Below are positions 1-10,307 of a stretch of 64,000 nucleotides of DNA, one piece after another. This stretch comes from Bdellovibrionales bacterium (GTDB taxonomy: Bacteria > Bdellovibrionota > Bdellovibrionia > Bdellovibrionales > JAGQZY01): NCBI GenBank assembly GCA_964230645.1, contig CAXRHT010000002.1:1568001-1632000 (forward strand), given 5' to 3'. Both the position numbers and the translations under genes were made by a program. Position 1 is the stretch's first letter, and the number at the start of each line of letters is the position of its first letter. The notes below the pieces were generated by a model. That model was given only the letters and a program-made list of their open reading frames with translations. It ran no database searches and was not told the origin of the DNA.

Positions 1-168
1 CTTCGCCACCTCTCCGAGCGCGCCCGTATTGCCTATGAAACGGGGGATTATCGAACGGCCATCGAAGACATTCGCAACTACTTTCAGTACAAACAACCCG
101 AGTTCACTAATATCGATCTGAAAAGAATTTATAAAATCGCCCTAAAAAAAGAAAAATCACTGCGCTAG
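1..168 (+). CDS. 3' end of a gene entering the window; possibly TPR-like helical C-terminus
   Basis: Frame 1 open from base 1 to TAG at 166-168 (LRHLSERARIAYETGDYRTAIEDIRNYF...KSLR); converges on the next gene. Confidence 0.6.
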   Translation, partial: LRHLSERARIAYETGDYRTAIEDIRNYFQYKQPEFTNIDLKRIYKIALKKEKSLR

Positions 169-209
169 CTCTTTGTTTGTTTTGCCCTAGGGATATTTAT
201 CTATCTCAA

Positions 210-1778
210 TCAATGGGGCGCTTGGAGAGAGAGATTAGCTATACTTTCTGTGATTCTATAAAAAGTTTGCGAAGCTAATTTTTGAGACCTCAAACCTTCC
301 TGATCGTCAAAGAGGCGCCCAAGAATTTCGTAGGAGCGCTCAATATTTTGCCGAAGCTTCTCCATGTCTTTTTCTTCAACACCCAGGGAGGCTTCAAAAA
401 AGACCTCAAAAAGCTTCAGCTGGATTCCTAACCAGAAGCGACACTCCTTCTCCCAGTCTTCACTTACTTTCTGTTCTCTTAGAACATCCGTCACATAAGT
501 GAGGTCTTCAATGAGAAGCTCAAGCTGATTAACCACTTTGTAATAACTCATGATCTCTTTGACTTGCCACTTATAAGATCGCTGACGACCAATGCAGAAA
601 CAAAGCTCTTTGAGCTCCTCACCCACTCTTTGCAGCATATTCTGATACTGAGCAAATTTCTGATTGTTCTTTTCTTGGCCCTCTCCTGTTTCACGACTAA
701 TTTTAAATATTGTATGAACTGTTGTGACGAATTTTTTAAACTCTTGGCGCAAAAGGAATAAAGACAAGTGAATGGAAAAGTATTGGCCTCTCTCGCCGGT
801 GTTAATAATTTTTTGATTCTCTGTTTGCTTCTTCTTCCTATTAACCACCGGGGTCAGAGTTAGCAAAAAAGTCATAGGAGTTAGTAATAGAGCAGGAATC
901 ACATTATAAAAAGCATAGAAGAGCGTGCAGAAACTAAAAGCTGTTGAGAAACGAAAGCCCTCGGACGCATACTGGGTTATGGGCTGAGGATAAAAGGACA
1001 CCAGAGCCAGAGCGATCAAAAATTGCAAAACTTGTAGAGTGAAGTGGCTGACCAGGGTGAAGTTAAGCCTTGTTCTCTTTTCAAAAAAGTACCAGTAAAA
1101 GCGATCCGCCGATAATAAACTATGAAGGTAATAGAAAATGGGGATCCAAAGAGGGTTTAATGGGAGAACCAAGATAAACCCCGATAAGGTCAGTAAAAAA
1201 GGCAATGGCGTTTTAAAAAACAAGGTGGTTAAACCAATACCAGCAAATATGACGGATTCAGGCAGATGGTAGCGGAAGACCTCCATCGCACTCTGTTCAA
1301 TATAAATATCAAATAGGAATACAAAAGCGATAAATAGACCCAAGGCCAAAAGGGCCACTGAAAGATCCTTCCACGACTCCTGGTTGGCGAAACTTAAAAT
1401 GGCCGCCAATATTAGAAATACAATAGCAAAAAGAAAAGGAAAGAGTCCTAGGATTCCGACAGATAATCCCATTCCAAGAAAGCTACCGAGAATGAGAAGT
1501 AGGATCTGTTTACGTTGAAAAGAGCCCACATTGATGAGTGAGGCCATTTGTACGATGAAAGATTTTTTACGAAAACTAACGAATTGAAAAACAATTGAAA
1601 TTAAGAAGTCCGTGAATAAATTTTGACCGAAATTTTCAAAACACCAGCTCTGCAACCGGCCTGTACTTAAAGACAGTCGTACGGAAAACAGCTCTAAAAG
1701 CACATCACTCAATATAGCGAGAAAGAAGACAGCTAAAAGATAGATTTCAATTGATTGTAAACTTAGATTTATTCCCAA
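210..1778 (-). CDS. Divergent Na/Pi-cotransporter (NptA-like) membrane protein with PhoU-like helical C-terminal domain
   Basis: About 8-9 hydrophobic segments followed by a soluble helical domain (SIHLSLFLLRQE...VVNQLELLIED). LGSFLG sits where the family has a GANIGT motif, but it is degenerate. Confidence 0.5.
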   Translation of the reverse strand: MGINLSLQSIEIYLLAVFFLAILSDVLLELFSVRLSLSTGRLQSWCFENFGQNLFTDFLISIVFQFVSFRKKSFIVQMASLINVGSFQRKQILLLILGSFLGMGLSVGILGLFPFLFAIVFLILAAILSFANQESWKDLSVALLALGLFIAFVFLFDIYIEQSAMEVFRYHLPESVIFAGIGLTTLFFKTPLPFLLTLSGFILVLPLNPLWIPIFYYLHSLLSADRFYWYFFEKRTRLNFTLVSHFTLQVLQFLIALALVSFYPQPITQYASEGFRFSTAFSFCTLFYAFYNVIPALLLTPMTFLLTLTPVVNRKKKQTENQKIINTGERGQYFSIHLSLFLLRQEFKKFVTTVHTIFKISRETGEGQEKNNQKFAQYQNMLQRVGEELKELCFCIGRQRSYKWQVKEIMSYYKVVNQLELLIEDLTYVTDVLREQKVSEDWEKECRFWLGIQLKLFEVFFEASLGVEEKDMEKLRQNIERSYEILGRLFDDQEGLRSQKLASQTFYRITESIANLSLQAPH

Positions 1779-1784
1779 AGAACT

Positions 1785-2537
1785 TTACCTTATATAGATA
1801 TCGTATCGCACGATTTTACCTTCGACAATAGAGTTTGGTTTCTCATACAAATGTCCGGCTTTAAGAGGCCTTTTCACCACAATTCTGGGAACATTCCTAT
1901 CATATGCTTTCTCTATTATTTTTTCGAATCCTTCTGGTTGCAACTCCAAACCCCTCAGAAAGGCCATATTTTTTTTTGGAGCGGATTTCTGGTTTATTTG
2001 TTCAAACATGGGGTCAAGATAAAGGCAGTCATACTCTTCTTTCCAAGAGTCTAGAACCTCATTAATATCCTGATGATCTATGGCTAAAGATTTATTCTCT
2101 AATTGAGAATTACTCAATGCACTAACAAGCAAGGTTGCGACGAGTGGATTTTTCTCAAAGCCTACGATTTGAGCTCCCTGTGCCACCAAGTGTAAGGCAT
2201 CTTTTGCAAGTCCTAAAGTTCCATCCACAACTGTGTAGTTGTCTTGTTTCTTTAATCCCACGGCTTTCGAAAGAAGATCTTTTTTCACAGAAATTTTTTG
2301 TTTCTTAATTTTTAAGACCTCTTTATCAAACTCTAAACGAATAACAAAATTCCGAGCGAGCTCTTGATTACGAACCACCCACTGCCCTTCCTCATGAGAG
2401 AGGTAGTAGCCTAAGGGCGGCTCGCCCACCCAGATAGGATTAAAAAAAAGTTTTTCCTTTGGCAGATCCCCTTCCTGGGGCCTTAAAACAGGGAAATCCA
2501 CTGGGGACTCAAAAATGTGAACACGATTAAACAACAC
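1785..2537 (-). CDS. rsmJ: RsmJ-like class I SAM-dependent rRNA methyltransferase
   Basis: VVDGTLGLAKDA, YLDPMF, VVKRP and terminal RYDIY motifs typical of RsmJ/YhiQ. Confidence 0.8.
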   Translation of the reverse strand: MLFNRVHIFESPVDFPVLRPQEGDLPKEKLFFNPIWVGEPPLGYYLSHEEGQWVVRNQELARNFVIRLEFDKEVLKIKKQKISVKKDLLSKAVGLKKQDNYTVVDGTLGLAKDALHLVAQGAQIVGFEKNPLVATLLVSALSNSQLENKSLAIDHQDINEVLDSWKEEYDCLYLDPMFEQINQKSAPKKNMAFLRGLELQPEGFEKIIEKAYDRNVPRIVVKRPLKAGHLYEKPNSIVEGKIVRYDIYIR

Positions 2538-3544
2538 TCAATAGTGAAGTGAAGTTTTTGAAGACTTAAGCAACTGGTGAGATGAGAGGATAGAAAGGAG
2601 GTGGCTCCATAAAAAAGACTATTAATATAAGCTTCAAAACAAAGTGCCACCACGACAACAAGAGCCATTTCTCTAAGCTCAACCTGCCAGGCAAACAGAC
2701 TTAAAACCACCAAATGAAAGACCGACATAAGGGTGTAGAGATATTTTGATTTTTCAAAACCAAAAACATTGGAAAGAGTGACGAGCTTGGCTTTACTAGA
2801 AAAGTAAATGTCACGGACTTGCTTAGAAAAATCGTATTTTAAAGCATGGTAACCAAAGGCCATTCCCAGAAAAGCCGAGGCCCAAGTGATTTGGTCATAA
2901 AGAAGAAACTCGTAGCCGAGAACTAAAAGCGGGCCACCCATTAGAAAAGTCCCCACAAGACTTATACCTTTAAATTTAGGACTGGTCACAGCTGAGGTAA
3001 GGCTTAAACCCAAAAGTAAGGCGACTAAAGCCCAAAGCAAAATTGTGGGTTTAACTATAAAACAATAAAGAGACGAAAGAACAGAAAGCCCTAAAAAAAC
3101 CGCAGCCAACTGTTTGGCTTGGTAGGCTCGAACTTGCCCCTTCACTAAGGGTTTCTGATTGCTGTACTCGTTGATCCGATCCACACCACTCACATAGTCG
3201 CAGTAATCGTTATACAAAGTAAGACTCAAAAGAAAAAATTGTAGGCCCACAAAGGAGGATAAGACCAAAGCCTCTGAGGGCATACCGTGGGCATAAATCA
3301 GATAAGAGAGACCGCCAATAAGGGGGAAAATCAAATAAATATTTCGCGCTAGAGAATACCAATGGGAAAGGGCTTGCAACAATGTCAGAGATTCTTTACT
3401 GACGATTTTGAAAGTCACCATTTCGCTATCGGAATTCACATGAAGATTCTGCACAGGTTGTGCGAATTCTGTTTTCGAAAACCGTCCGGTGAGCATGGGC
3501 CAGAATTGTTGATCATTGCGCGAAATGGTCACAAAGCGGTTCAA
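2483..3544 (-). CDS. menA: UbiA-family prenyltransferase, MenA-like (DHNA polyprenyltransferase)
   Basis: NDYCDYVSGVD Asp-rich motif, multiple TM helices, QVRD second motif; adjacent to a polyprenyl synthase. Confidence 0.7.
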   Translation of the reverse strand: MNRFVTISRNDQQFWPMLTGRFSKTEFAQPVQNLHVNSDSEMVTFKIVSKESLTLLQALSHWYSLARNIYLIFPLIGGLSYLIYAHGMPSEALVLSSFVGLQFFLLSLTLYNDYCDYVSGVDRINEYSNQKPLVKGQVRAYQAKQLAAVFLGLSVLSSLYCFIVKPTILLWALVALLLGLSLTSAVTSPKFKGISLVGTFLMGGPLLVLGYEFLLYDQITWASAFLGMAFGYHALKYDFSKQVRDIYFSSKAKLVTLSNVFGFEKSKYLYTLMSVFHLVVLSLFAWQVELREMALVVVVALCFEAYINSLFYGATSFLSSHLTSCLSLQKLHFTIECCLIVFTFLSPQWISLF

Positions 3545-4524
3545 TGGGACCTCTTCCCGCTGGGTTTCTTACGCCAGTACAAAAGCTGGGCCAGTGGCTC
3601 TAAGTTCTCGGCAATGCTGGTACCAATCGCCGGGTCGAGTTTTTCTTTTAAAAGCTCCAGCTTATGATCATAAAGGCGGATGAGCTCCTTATTAAGAGCA
3701 TCAAAGGCCTGAACACTTTGATCAAAGGTCTTTTCACCAACCACATTTTTAAGCTCTCCAAGACTTTGAATCTCTTTAACTTTAGAGCGTTGATCAGAAT
3801 TCCAGTCTCGAAGCAAGTAAGCTCCAAAAGAATTAAGGTAACCGGATTTAAGATCTCCTAAAATAGCTTTACCCTCATAGTTACGAATATCGTAATCGAG
3901 CAGGTCGTCACTGCGCTGAAACAGTAATCCAAGAGTGGTGCCTAAATCCAAAATGATATTTTTAATTTCACTGTCTTTGTTTTCTAAGGCGACAAAAGGA
4001 GCGTACAGACACCAACGAAACAAGGAGGCCGTTTTTAAATTATGCACTTCGGTGAGCTGATCAAAAGTTAAATCAAAATCTCCCACAAGGGAGTCTTGGA
4101 TCCACTCACCCTCTAGAAGTTCAGAAATCGTGCGGCTGGTGACCTGAATGAGCTCAATGTTTTCATACTCGGAGAGATTGGTCATAACCCGAGCCAGTAA
4201 ATAATCCCCGGCTAAGACCGCGTACTCCGGCGTGTATTTGAGCCAGGCGGCCGTTTTACCTCGACGTAAATTCGAGCGATCCACAAGATCATCGTGCAAA
4301 AGGGAAGCGTTATGAATAAACTCGATCGTTTGGCACAATAAAAGGACTGTCTTATCTTGCAGACCTAAGGGGCCCGCCACTTTTTGGGTTAAAAACGAGC
4401 GAAAGCCTTTTCCTCCCTCAAACAGATCATCGTAGAGCTGATTCAACTTAGGAAGATAAGGGGGAAAATCTTTTTCACTGTAATATTTAGTACTCACGGT
4501 TTTCACGATAGGATTTATTACCAA
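3541..4524 (-). CDS. Polyprenyl diphosphate synthase
   Basis: GGKGFR, LLHDDLVD (FARM), RRG, KTASLF, FQRSDDLLD (SARM), DLKSG. Confidence 0.92.
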   Translation of the reverse strand: MVINPIVKTVSTKYYSEKDFPPYLPKLNQLYDDLFEGGKGFRSFLTQKVAGPLGLQDKTVLLLCQTIEFIHNASLLHDDLVDRSNLRRGKTAAWLKYTPEYAVLAGDYLLARVMTNLSEYENIELIQVTSRTISELLEGEWIQDSLVGDFDLTFDQLTEVHNLKTASLFRWCLYAPFVALENKDSEIKNIILDLGTTLGLLFQRSDDLLDYDIRNYEGKAILGDLKSGYLNSFGAYLLRDWNSDQRSKVKEIQSLGELKNVVGEKTFDQSVQAFDALNKELIRLYDHKLELLKEKLDPAIGTSIAENLEPLAQLLYWRKKPSGKRSH

Positions 4525-4626
4525 AGAAAGAGCCCAGACAGTACAACCTCAGGGCCCATGACGCTAGGAGTTAGTAGCTCAGCAAAAGTCCTTTATCCCC
4601 TTAGAGTCTCGTGGCAAATCTTTTCC

Positions 4627-5034
4627 ATGACTTTTAAAACAAGCACAAAAATCCATTTCGATGAGGCCGATCCTGCGGGAATAGCATTTTCCGGCACTTT
4701 ATTTACCAAAGCGCACCGCTGTTATGAAGAATTCATTGCGGAAATTACCAGTGCTGAAGATTTCTTTTTAAATCCTGAGGCGATCTACCCCATTCGACAT
4801 ACGGAAACAGAATTTCTCGCCCCCCTATTCCCTTTAAAAAGCTATGACGTGCTCATCCAAGTCAATAAACTCGGAGACACCAGTTTCCAATTACAATTTG
4901 ATATTCAAAAAGAGGGTCAGTCGCGTGCGATTGTTCGCACCACCCATGTTTGTGTCGACAAAAAGACGATGAAAAAACAGAGCCTTCCCGCTGAACTCAA
5001 AGGGAGTTTACAAAAATTTGTGACTCAGCAATAA
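4627..5034 (+). CDS. 4HBT-family acyl-CoA thioesterase (candidate DHNA-CoA thioesterase)
   Basis: IHFDEADPAGIAF hot-dog thioesterase motif and TTHVCVD; divergent from the men-like cluster. Start placed at ATG 4627. Confidence 0.75.
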   Translation: MTFKTSTKIHFDEADPAGIAFSGTLFTKAHRCYEEFIAEITSAEDFFLNPEAIYPIRHTETEFLAPLFPLKSYDVLIQVNKLGDTSFQLQFDIQKEGQSRAIVRTTHVCVDKKTMKKQSLPAELKGSLQKFVTQQ

Positions 5035-5668
5035 CGTCCATTGGGATCTCGTGGGCTCCACCAAACTCAAACCAACGCCCTTTAAGCCCGAGGTTTTTGA
5101 GTTTATCATGGAGTTTTTTCGCTCCTCCAACAGGCAAGACCTGATCGCGATTCCCATGGCTCTGAAAGAAGGGAATCTGCAGAGCTTCGGGGATCGTCGG
5201 AAAAGCAGAGGGGTTGACCAAATAACCTGAAAATAACAATAGGCCTTTGGGGGAAAAGTTGAGGCGATAGAAACTATGACTTGTTAAAATCGCACCTTGG
5301 CTAAATCCACCGATTATAACATTTTCGTAGTTTTTCCCCATTTGATTTAAAAATCGAGAAACCTTTTGAGCCAACTTTTCATCTTTAGGGGCAATGCCAC
5401 CATCATAGATCTCTTGGTTGGTTAAATTTTCAAAATCCCGTTGGGTCAAAGAAAACCAAGCCCGACCACTCATCATCGGGCCAATGGGAACTTCGAGAAC
5501 ACCTTGAGGAAAAAACCAATCCGCTTTTTCCTGGAGCTTATAAACCTGAGCGAGGCTGTACAAATCGGTGGCATCAGCGCCGTAGCCATGAAACAGAATG
5601 ACCGCCGTGTTGGCCCCGTCCTGGGTTTTAGCAATAAAATTAAGATCTTCGAATTTTTCCCACTGCAT
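4997..5668 (-). CDS. Phospholipase/carboxylesterase (alpha/beta hydrolase)
   Basis: FHGYG, GGFSQG nucleophile, HGNRDQVLP, GAHEI. Confidence 0.9.
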   Translation of the reverse strand: MQWEKFEDLNFIAKTQDGANTAVILFHGYGADATDLYSLAQVYKLQEKADWFFPQGVLEVPIGPMMSGRAWFSLTQRDFENLTNQEIYDGGIAPKDEKLAQKVSRFLNQMGKNYENVIIGGFSQGAILTSHSFYRLNFSPKGLLLFSGYLVNPSAFPTIPEALQIPFFQSHGNRDQVLPVGGAKKLHDKLKNLGLKGRWFEFGGAHEIPMDVIAESQIFVNSL

Positions 5669-5793
5669 GGAGCCAACTTATATCAAGTTCGGATGAATTC
5701 CCAATGATTTTTGGCGACTCCATGACTTGAATCCTATTGAAATTCATTTGAAAATCGAAAGTCCGAAGTGAAACCCTACACAAAGGATGGCCC

Positions 5794-6249
5794 ATGAGAT
5801 TTTTGGCACTACTTATTTTACTCATCGGATGCACGAGCACTCCAGAGCCCCAACAAACAGAAGGCAAACAGGCTCATGCCGAGGCTCCTAAAGTGGATCG
5901 TAAAGCCATTTCAAAAACTATTCAGAAACACCGCAAATACATGAGCCACTGCTATGGCAAAACCATTACTAAAAAGGGCAACGCTCGTATCAAGGGGCTG
6001 ACCTATGTTGAGTTTAGTATTGGCCCTGATGGCCGAGCGAAAAACCCCAAAATGGTCCCTGAAAAATCAAGCCTTAAGAACCCCGCTTTAAATGCCTGTC
6101 TCTTTGAAGGTATTACCTCCTGGGACTTTCCCGTGGACCCAACGGGTAAGGAAATCACTGTGATTTACCCTTTTCGATTCAATGCTAAGCCCCCTAGAAA
6201 TATGCAGAAAAAACTGGATATGTTTGAGAACTTGCGATCGCGCCAATAA
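5794..6249 (+). CDS. Lipoprotein with AgmX/PglI (TonB-C-like) domain
   Basis: Lipobox LLIGC; I..TI.KH....SHCY, VEFSIGPDG, NACL....SWDFP and VIYPFRF pattern. Confidence 0.7.
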   Translation: MRFLALLILLIGCTSTPEPQQTEGKQAHAEAPKVDRKAISKTIQKHRKYMSHCYGKTITKKGNARIKGLTYVEFSIGPDGRAKNPKMVPEKSSLKNPALNACLFEGITSWDFPVDPTGKEITVIYPFRFNAKPPRNMQKKLDMFENLRSRQ

Positions 6250-6348
6250 GAGGCCACAGGTGACATCTGAGCCCCTCAAATAAGCTTTTCTTGCCCTAAG
6301 CCCCTGAATTTGCTACTGAGTAAAGCTTCCGACCTTGGGGGTATAAAA

Positions 6349-8985
6349 ATGGCTGAAACACCGAAAACCATTTACTTGAAAGATTATCAACCACCTGTGT
6401 TTTTAACTCCTGAGGTGAACCTCCACTTTGACCTAAAAGAAGAGCGCACCCTGGTCACCAACCAGATGAAATTTGTTCGAAATAAAAAGTCCAACGACGA
6501 CAGCAAAGAAGTTTTTTTAAATGGGAGCAAACTTAAACTCGTCAGTATTAAAAGAGACGGAGAAACTCTCCCTGAATCAGAGTACGAAAAATCAAAAACA
6601 GGACTTCTGTTAAAAAACTGTCCCGATGAATTTACTCTCACCACAGAAGTGGAACTTCACCCTGAAACAAACAAAGCCTTCTCAGGTCTTTACAAGACAA
6701 AAACCGTTTACTGCACTCAGATGGAAGCCCAAGGGTTTCGTCGCACCACCTTTTTCCAAGACCGCCCAGATATTCTTTCACGTTATAAAGTAGAAGTGGT
6801 CGCTGATAAAGAAAAGTACCCGATTCTTTTATCCAACGGAAATTTAGTGAAAGAAACAGATTTGGAAAGTGGCCGTCATTCGGTTGTGTGGGAAGATCCC
6901 TTTCCTAAACCTAGCTACCTCTTTGCTCTTGTCGCAGGAGATTTGGATTGGATCGAGGACTCTTATATGACTCGCTCCAATCGCAAGGTGGACTTGAAAA
7001 TTTTTGTGGACAAAGGCAAAGGTGATCGCGCCCGTTTTGCTATGGATTCACTCAAGCAGTCCATGAAATGGGATGAAGACACCTACCGCTTAGAGTACGA
7101 CTTAGACGTTTATAATATTGTGGCAGTGGATGACTTCAATATGGGAGCTATGGAAAATAAGGGTCTGAACATTTTTAATTCAAAATATGTTCTGGCAAGT
7201 TCTGACACTGCCACAGATGATGAGTACCAAGGCATTCAAAGAGTGATTGGACATGAGTATTTTCACAACTGGACGGGGAACCGTGTGACCTGTCGCGACT
7301 GGTTTCAACTCAGTCTCAAAGAGGGGCTTACAGTCTTTAGAGACCAAGAGTTCAGTAGTGATATGAACTCTCGCCCTGTAAAACGAATCGAGGATGTCTC
7401 AGCTCTTAGAGCTCGTCAGTTTCCTGAAGATGCCGGCCCCATGGCTCACCCCGTGCGCCCGTCTTCTTATATCGCCATTGATAACTTCTACACCGTAACG
7501 GTTTATGAAAAAGGGGCCGAAGTTATTCGCATGCTTTATAACCTTCTTGGTAACGATATGTTCAAAAAAGGTGTCACTAAGTACTTTGAACTTTATGATG
7601 GGCAAGCTGTAACCACAGACGACTGGATCCATGCCATGGAAGAAGTCTCTGAAAGGGACCTCACTCAATTTAAAAGGTGGTACGATCAAGCGGGAACACC
7701 ACAGGTCTCTGTAAAGACAAACTATGATGCCGACAATCAAACTTTCACTCTTGATATCAGTCAAAAAACCATAGACCCCCTTGAGAAAAATGAGCATGAG
7801 CCCTTTGTCATTCCTCTAAAAATGGGACTTCTGTCTAAAGAGGGCAGCCCCATCAAGTTTCAGCCTCCTGGCAAAGAGAAACCCACCTCAGAATGCGTTC
7901 TTGAACTCAATGAAGCCAACCAAAAATTTGTCTTAAAAAATGTTTATGAAAAACCAATCTTGTCGATCAACAGAGAATTTTCGGCTCCAGTGCATTTGAA
8001 TTACGAGCAAAGCAATGACGAACTCTATTTGTTAATGACAAAAGATGCCGACAGTTTTAACCGCTGGGAATCGGCTCAAAAACTTTATCTACAAACTCTC
8101 AAAAAGTTTTATCATTCCAAAAAATCAGAAGAGCCTTGTGAGATTCCAGGAGAACTGGTCGAGGCCTTTAAAGAACTCATTGAAAAAGGGGAAGATGACC
8201 CCGCTCTAACGGCCCGTCTTTTGGAGCTCCCTCAGAGCCATTACTTCGCGCAATTTTTGGATCAGTTTGACCCTCAAGCCATTCTCTGGGCTTACAAAAC
8301 TTTTTATAAACAAATGTCTTCAGAAGTTCAGGAAGTGGCCCTGGGTGTTTACCAAGAACTTGAGGAGCGTGGCCTTGGTCACTCTTTAAAAGATGCGGCT
8401 CTGAGAAATTTTAAAAATAATTTAATGAGCTATCTCTATCGAAATGACGAAATCACTGGTGCGAAAGTCTTTTATAAACAATTTGAATCGGCCCGTAATA
8501 TGACCGATCGCTTAAGTGCCCTTCATCGACTCAGTCATTTTCAAAGTGAGGAGTATCAAAAAGCCCGAGAGGAATTCCGTAGTCAGTGGAAAGATGATGG
8601 CCTCATCTTAAATAAACTTTTTATGGTCACAGCTCTTTCAAAATCTGAGAATACATTTGAAGAACTCAAACGGGTTTGGGATTCGGAAGACTTCGATGCC
8701 ACCAATCCCAACAATATTTATGCCCTTCTGTACACCTTTGCTCAGTATAACTGGCCCGCCTTTCACGATCTCAATACGGACTCGTATGATTGGTTTGTAG
8801 AGAAGACTTTGGAAGTGGATGGCCGTAACCCGCAAGTGGGAGCGCGCCTAGGTGGATGTCTTAATATTTGGAACAAGCTTGAGAGTAAGTACCATGCACC
8901 CATTAAGAAAGCCCTGGAAACGATCCGAGATTCGAATCCTTCAAACAATTTGTACGAAATTGTGAGTAAAGCGCTTAAGGCTTAA
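6349..8985 (+). CDS. pepN: Aminopeptidase N (M1 family)
   Basis: YLKDY, TQMEAQGFRR, MGAMENKGLN, HEYFH...E zinc motif, FYTVTVYEKGAEV. Start at ATG 6349 after GGGGG. Confidence 0.97.
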   Translation: MAETPKTIYLKDYQPPVFLTPEVNLHFDLKEERTLVTNQMKFVRNKKSNDDSKEVFLNGSKLKLVSIKRDGETLPESEYEKSKTGLLLKNCPDEFTLTTEVELHPETNKAFSGLYKTKTVYCTQMEAQGFRRTTFFQDRPDILSRYKVEVVADKEKYPILLSNGNLVKETDLESGRHSVVWEDPFPKPSYLFALVAGDLDWIEDSYMTRSNRKVDLKIFVDKGKGDRARFAMDSLKQSMKWDEDTYRLEYDLDVYNIVAVDDFNMGAMENKGLNIFNSKYVLASSDTATDDEYQGIQRVIGHEYFHNWTGNRVTCRDWFQLSLKEGLTVFRDQEFSSDMNSRPVKRIEDVSALRARQFPEDAGPMAHPVRPSSYIAIDNFYTVTVYEKGAEVIRMLYNLLGNDMFKKGVTKYFELYDGQAVTTDDWIHAMEEVSERDLTQFKRWYDQAGTPQVSVKTNYDADNQTFTLDISQKTIDPLEKNEHEPFVIPLKMGLLSKEGSPIKFQPPGKEKPTSECVLELNEANQKFVLKNVYEKPILSINREFSAPVHLNYEQSNDELYLLMTKDADSFNRWESAQKLYLQTLKKFYHSKKSEEPCEIPGELVEAFKELIEKGEDDPALTARLLELPQSHYFAQFLDQFDPQAILWAYKTFYKQMSSEVQEVALGVYQELEERGLGHSLKDAALRNFKNNLMSYLYRNDEITGAKVFYKQFESARNMTDRLSALHRLSHFQSEEYQKAREEFRSQWKDDGLILNKLFMVTALSKSENTFEELKRVWDSEDFDATNPNNIYALLYTFAQYNWPAFHDLNTDSYDWFVEKTLEVDGRNPQVGARLGGCLNIWNKLESKYHAPIKKALETIRDSNPSNNLYEIVSKALKA

Positions 8986-9047
8986 CAGTTGACACGGCGC
9001 TCATGAAAGGCTCTAACAGAAAGTCGACGAAAATCTGACTTTTTTAT

Positions 9048-9063
9048 TGGCCATAGTCCTGCC
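9048..9063 (+). promoter_or_regulatory. Sigma-54 (-24/-12) promoter-like site
   Basis: TGGCCATAGTCCTGC with exact GG-N10-GC spacing, upstream of the 9160 gene. Confidence 0.45.
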
Positions 9064-9159
9064 TTTTTTTCTATCATTAGGGTCTCCAACAATGAAGTTG
9101 GTGAGTAAAGCTTGTGAAGAAAGCATGATCGCTTTTATTGCAAGCCTGAGGGGGTATCT

Positions 9160-10200
9160 ATGGATCGGATCGTTTTATTTCTCTTTTTGGTGAACTTCGT
9201 AACATTTGCCAATGCCAGAGACCCACTTCCCGCGGAAAACGCCGCCGAAGTGATCGCAGAATTCCAATATGAAGGAAATTACACCATCTTGGAAGATGAC
9301 AGTAACGGCTCATCTTGGTCCTCTTGCTGGAAATACAATCGAGTCATCGAAACCACCTACCCCACCATGACTGAACCCCTTGAGGTGGAACTGCAAATGT
9401 ACATACCCAATCGAGATCAGTTGGGTAACGAGCAAGTGCCAGTGGTTTTTATCCTACCACCAGTAGGAGGAGTAAACTTTCTTGATCGTCAAATGGCTGA
9501 AACTTTTTGTAGTTCCGATATGGCAGCCATCATCCTTGTTAACGATTTTGCCAACATCGACTCCCAAGCCAATGGAGATCTTTTACCTCCAGAAGATCAT
9601 GGAATGGCCCTTCACCGCACAGTGGCCGGTGTAAAAGCCACAATGGCCATGTCAGTAGATGACGCCAATATCAATGAAAAGAAGATTGGACTCTTTGGCG
9701 CAAGCCTCGGAGGAATTCTGGGCTCTTTTGTGATGACCACTCAAAAGGAAATCTCCGCTGGATATTTTATTGTGGCTGGCGGAGATATTCCCAACATCCT
9801 TGCCTACAGTGAGCAGGAAAAGGTCTCTGCTATTCGTCGCAAGAGAATGAAAGAAGAGAATATCGAAACAAAAGAAGAGTACGAGCAGTATGTAAGAAAT
9901 TACGTCCTCCTTGATCCCATCGATTTGGCGGTCACAATGCTGCCAGAGACCCTTCACTTGGTCATATCCGAAAGGGATGATGTGGTACCGACTTCAAACC
10001 AATTTCAACTCTATGATGCTTTTCAGGAGCCTGAAGCCACATTTACCAACAGTGGTCATGTCGACACGGTGGTGGAGAGCCTTCTTTTTGGCGGACAACG
10101 TCGAAAAATCGCTCGTTTCTTCAGCGATCGATTCGAGATCGATAATCCCCGCCCTCCAATTTTTGACCTTCTCAGTTCCGATATTCTTTACCAGGATTAA
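9160..10200 (+). CDS. Secreted alpha/beta hydrolase
   Basis: Signal peptide (...FANA), GASLGG nucleophile elbow, DDVVP, SGH. Confidence 0.8.
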   Translation: MDRIVLFLFLVNFVTFANARDPLPAENAAEVIAEFQYEGNYTILEDDSNGSSWSSCWKYNRVIETTYPTMTEPLEVELQMYIPNRDQLGNEQVPVVFILPPVGGVNFLDRQMAETFCSSDMAAIILVNDFANIDSQANGDLLPPEDHGMALHRTVAGVKATMAMSVDDANINEKKIGLFGASLGGILGSFVMTTQKEISAGYFIVAGGDIPNILAYSEQEKVSAIRRKRMKEENIETKEEYEQYVRNYVLLDPIDLAVTMLPETLHLVISERDDVVPTSNQFQLYDAFQEPEATFTNSGHVDTVVESLLFGGQRRKIARFFSDRFEIDNPRPPIFDLLSSDILYQD

Positions 10201-10219
10201 TTTCCGAAATTATAGGATT

Positions 10220-10247
10220 TCAAGGAGAGCCATTAGGCTCTCCTTGA
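10220..10247. terminator. Stem-loop after the hydrolase gene
   Basis: Perfect 12-bp stem TCAAGGAGAGCC-atta-GGCTCTCCTTGA, 20 nt after the stop; weak U-tract. Confidence 0.6.
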
Positions 10248-10307
10248 GCTTAAAAATCTGGGCCTATTTGCCACCCCACCCGTCTTGCTGTAGATTCTAT
10301 TAGGACT

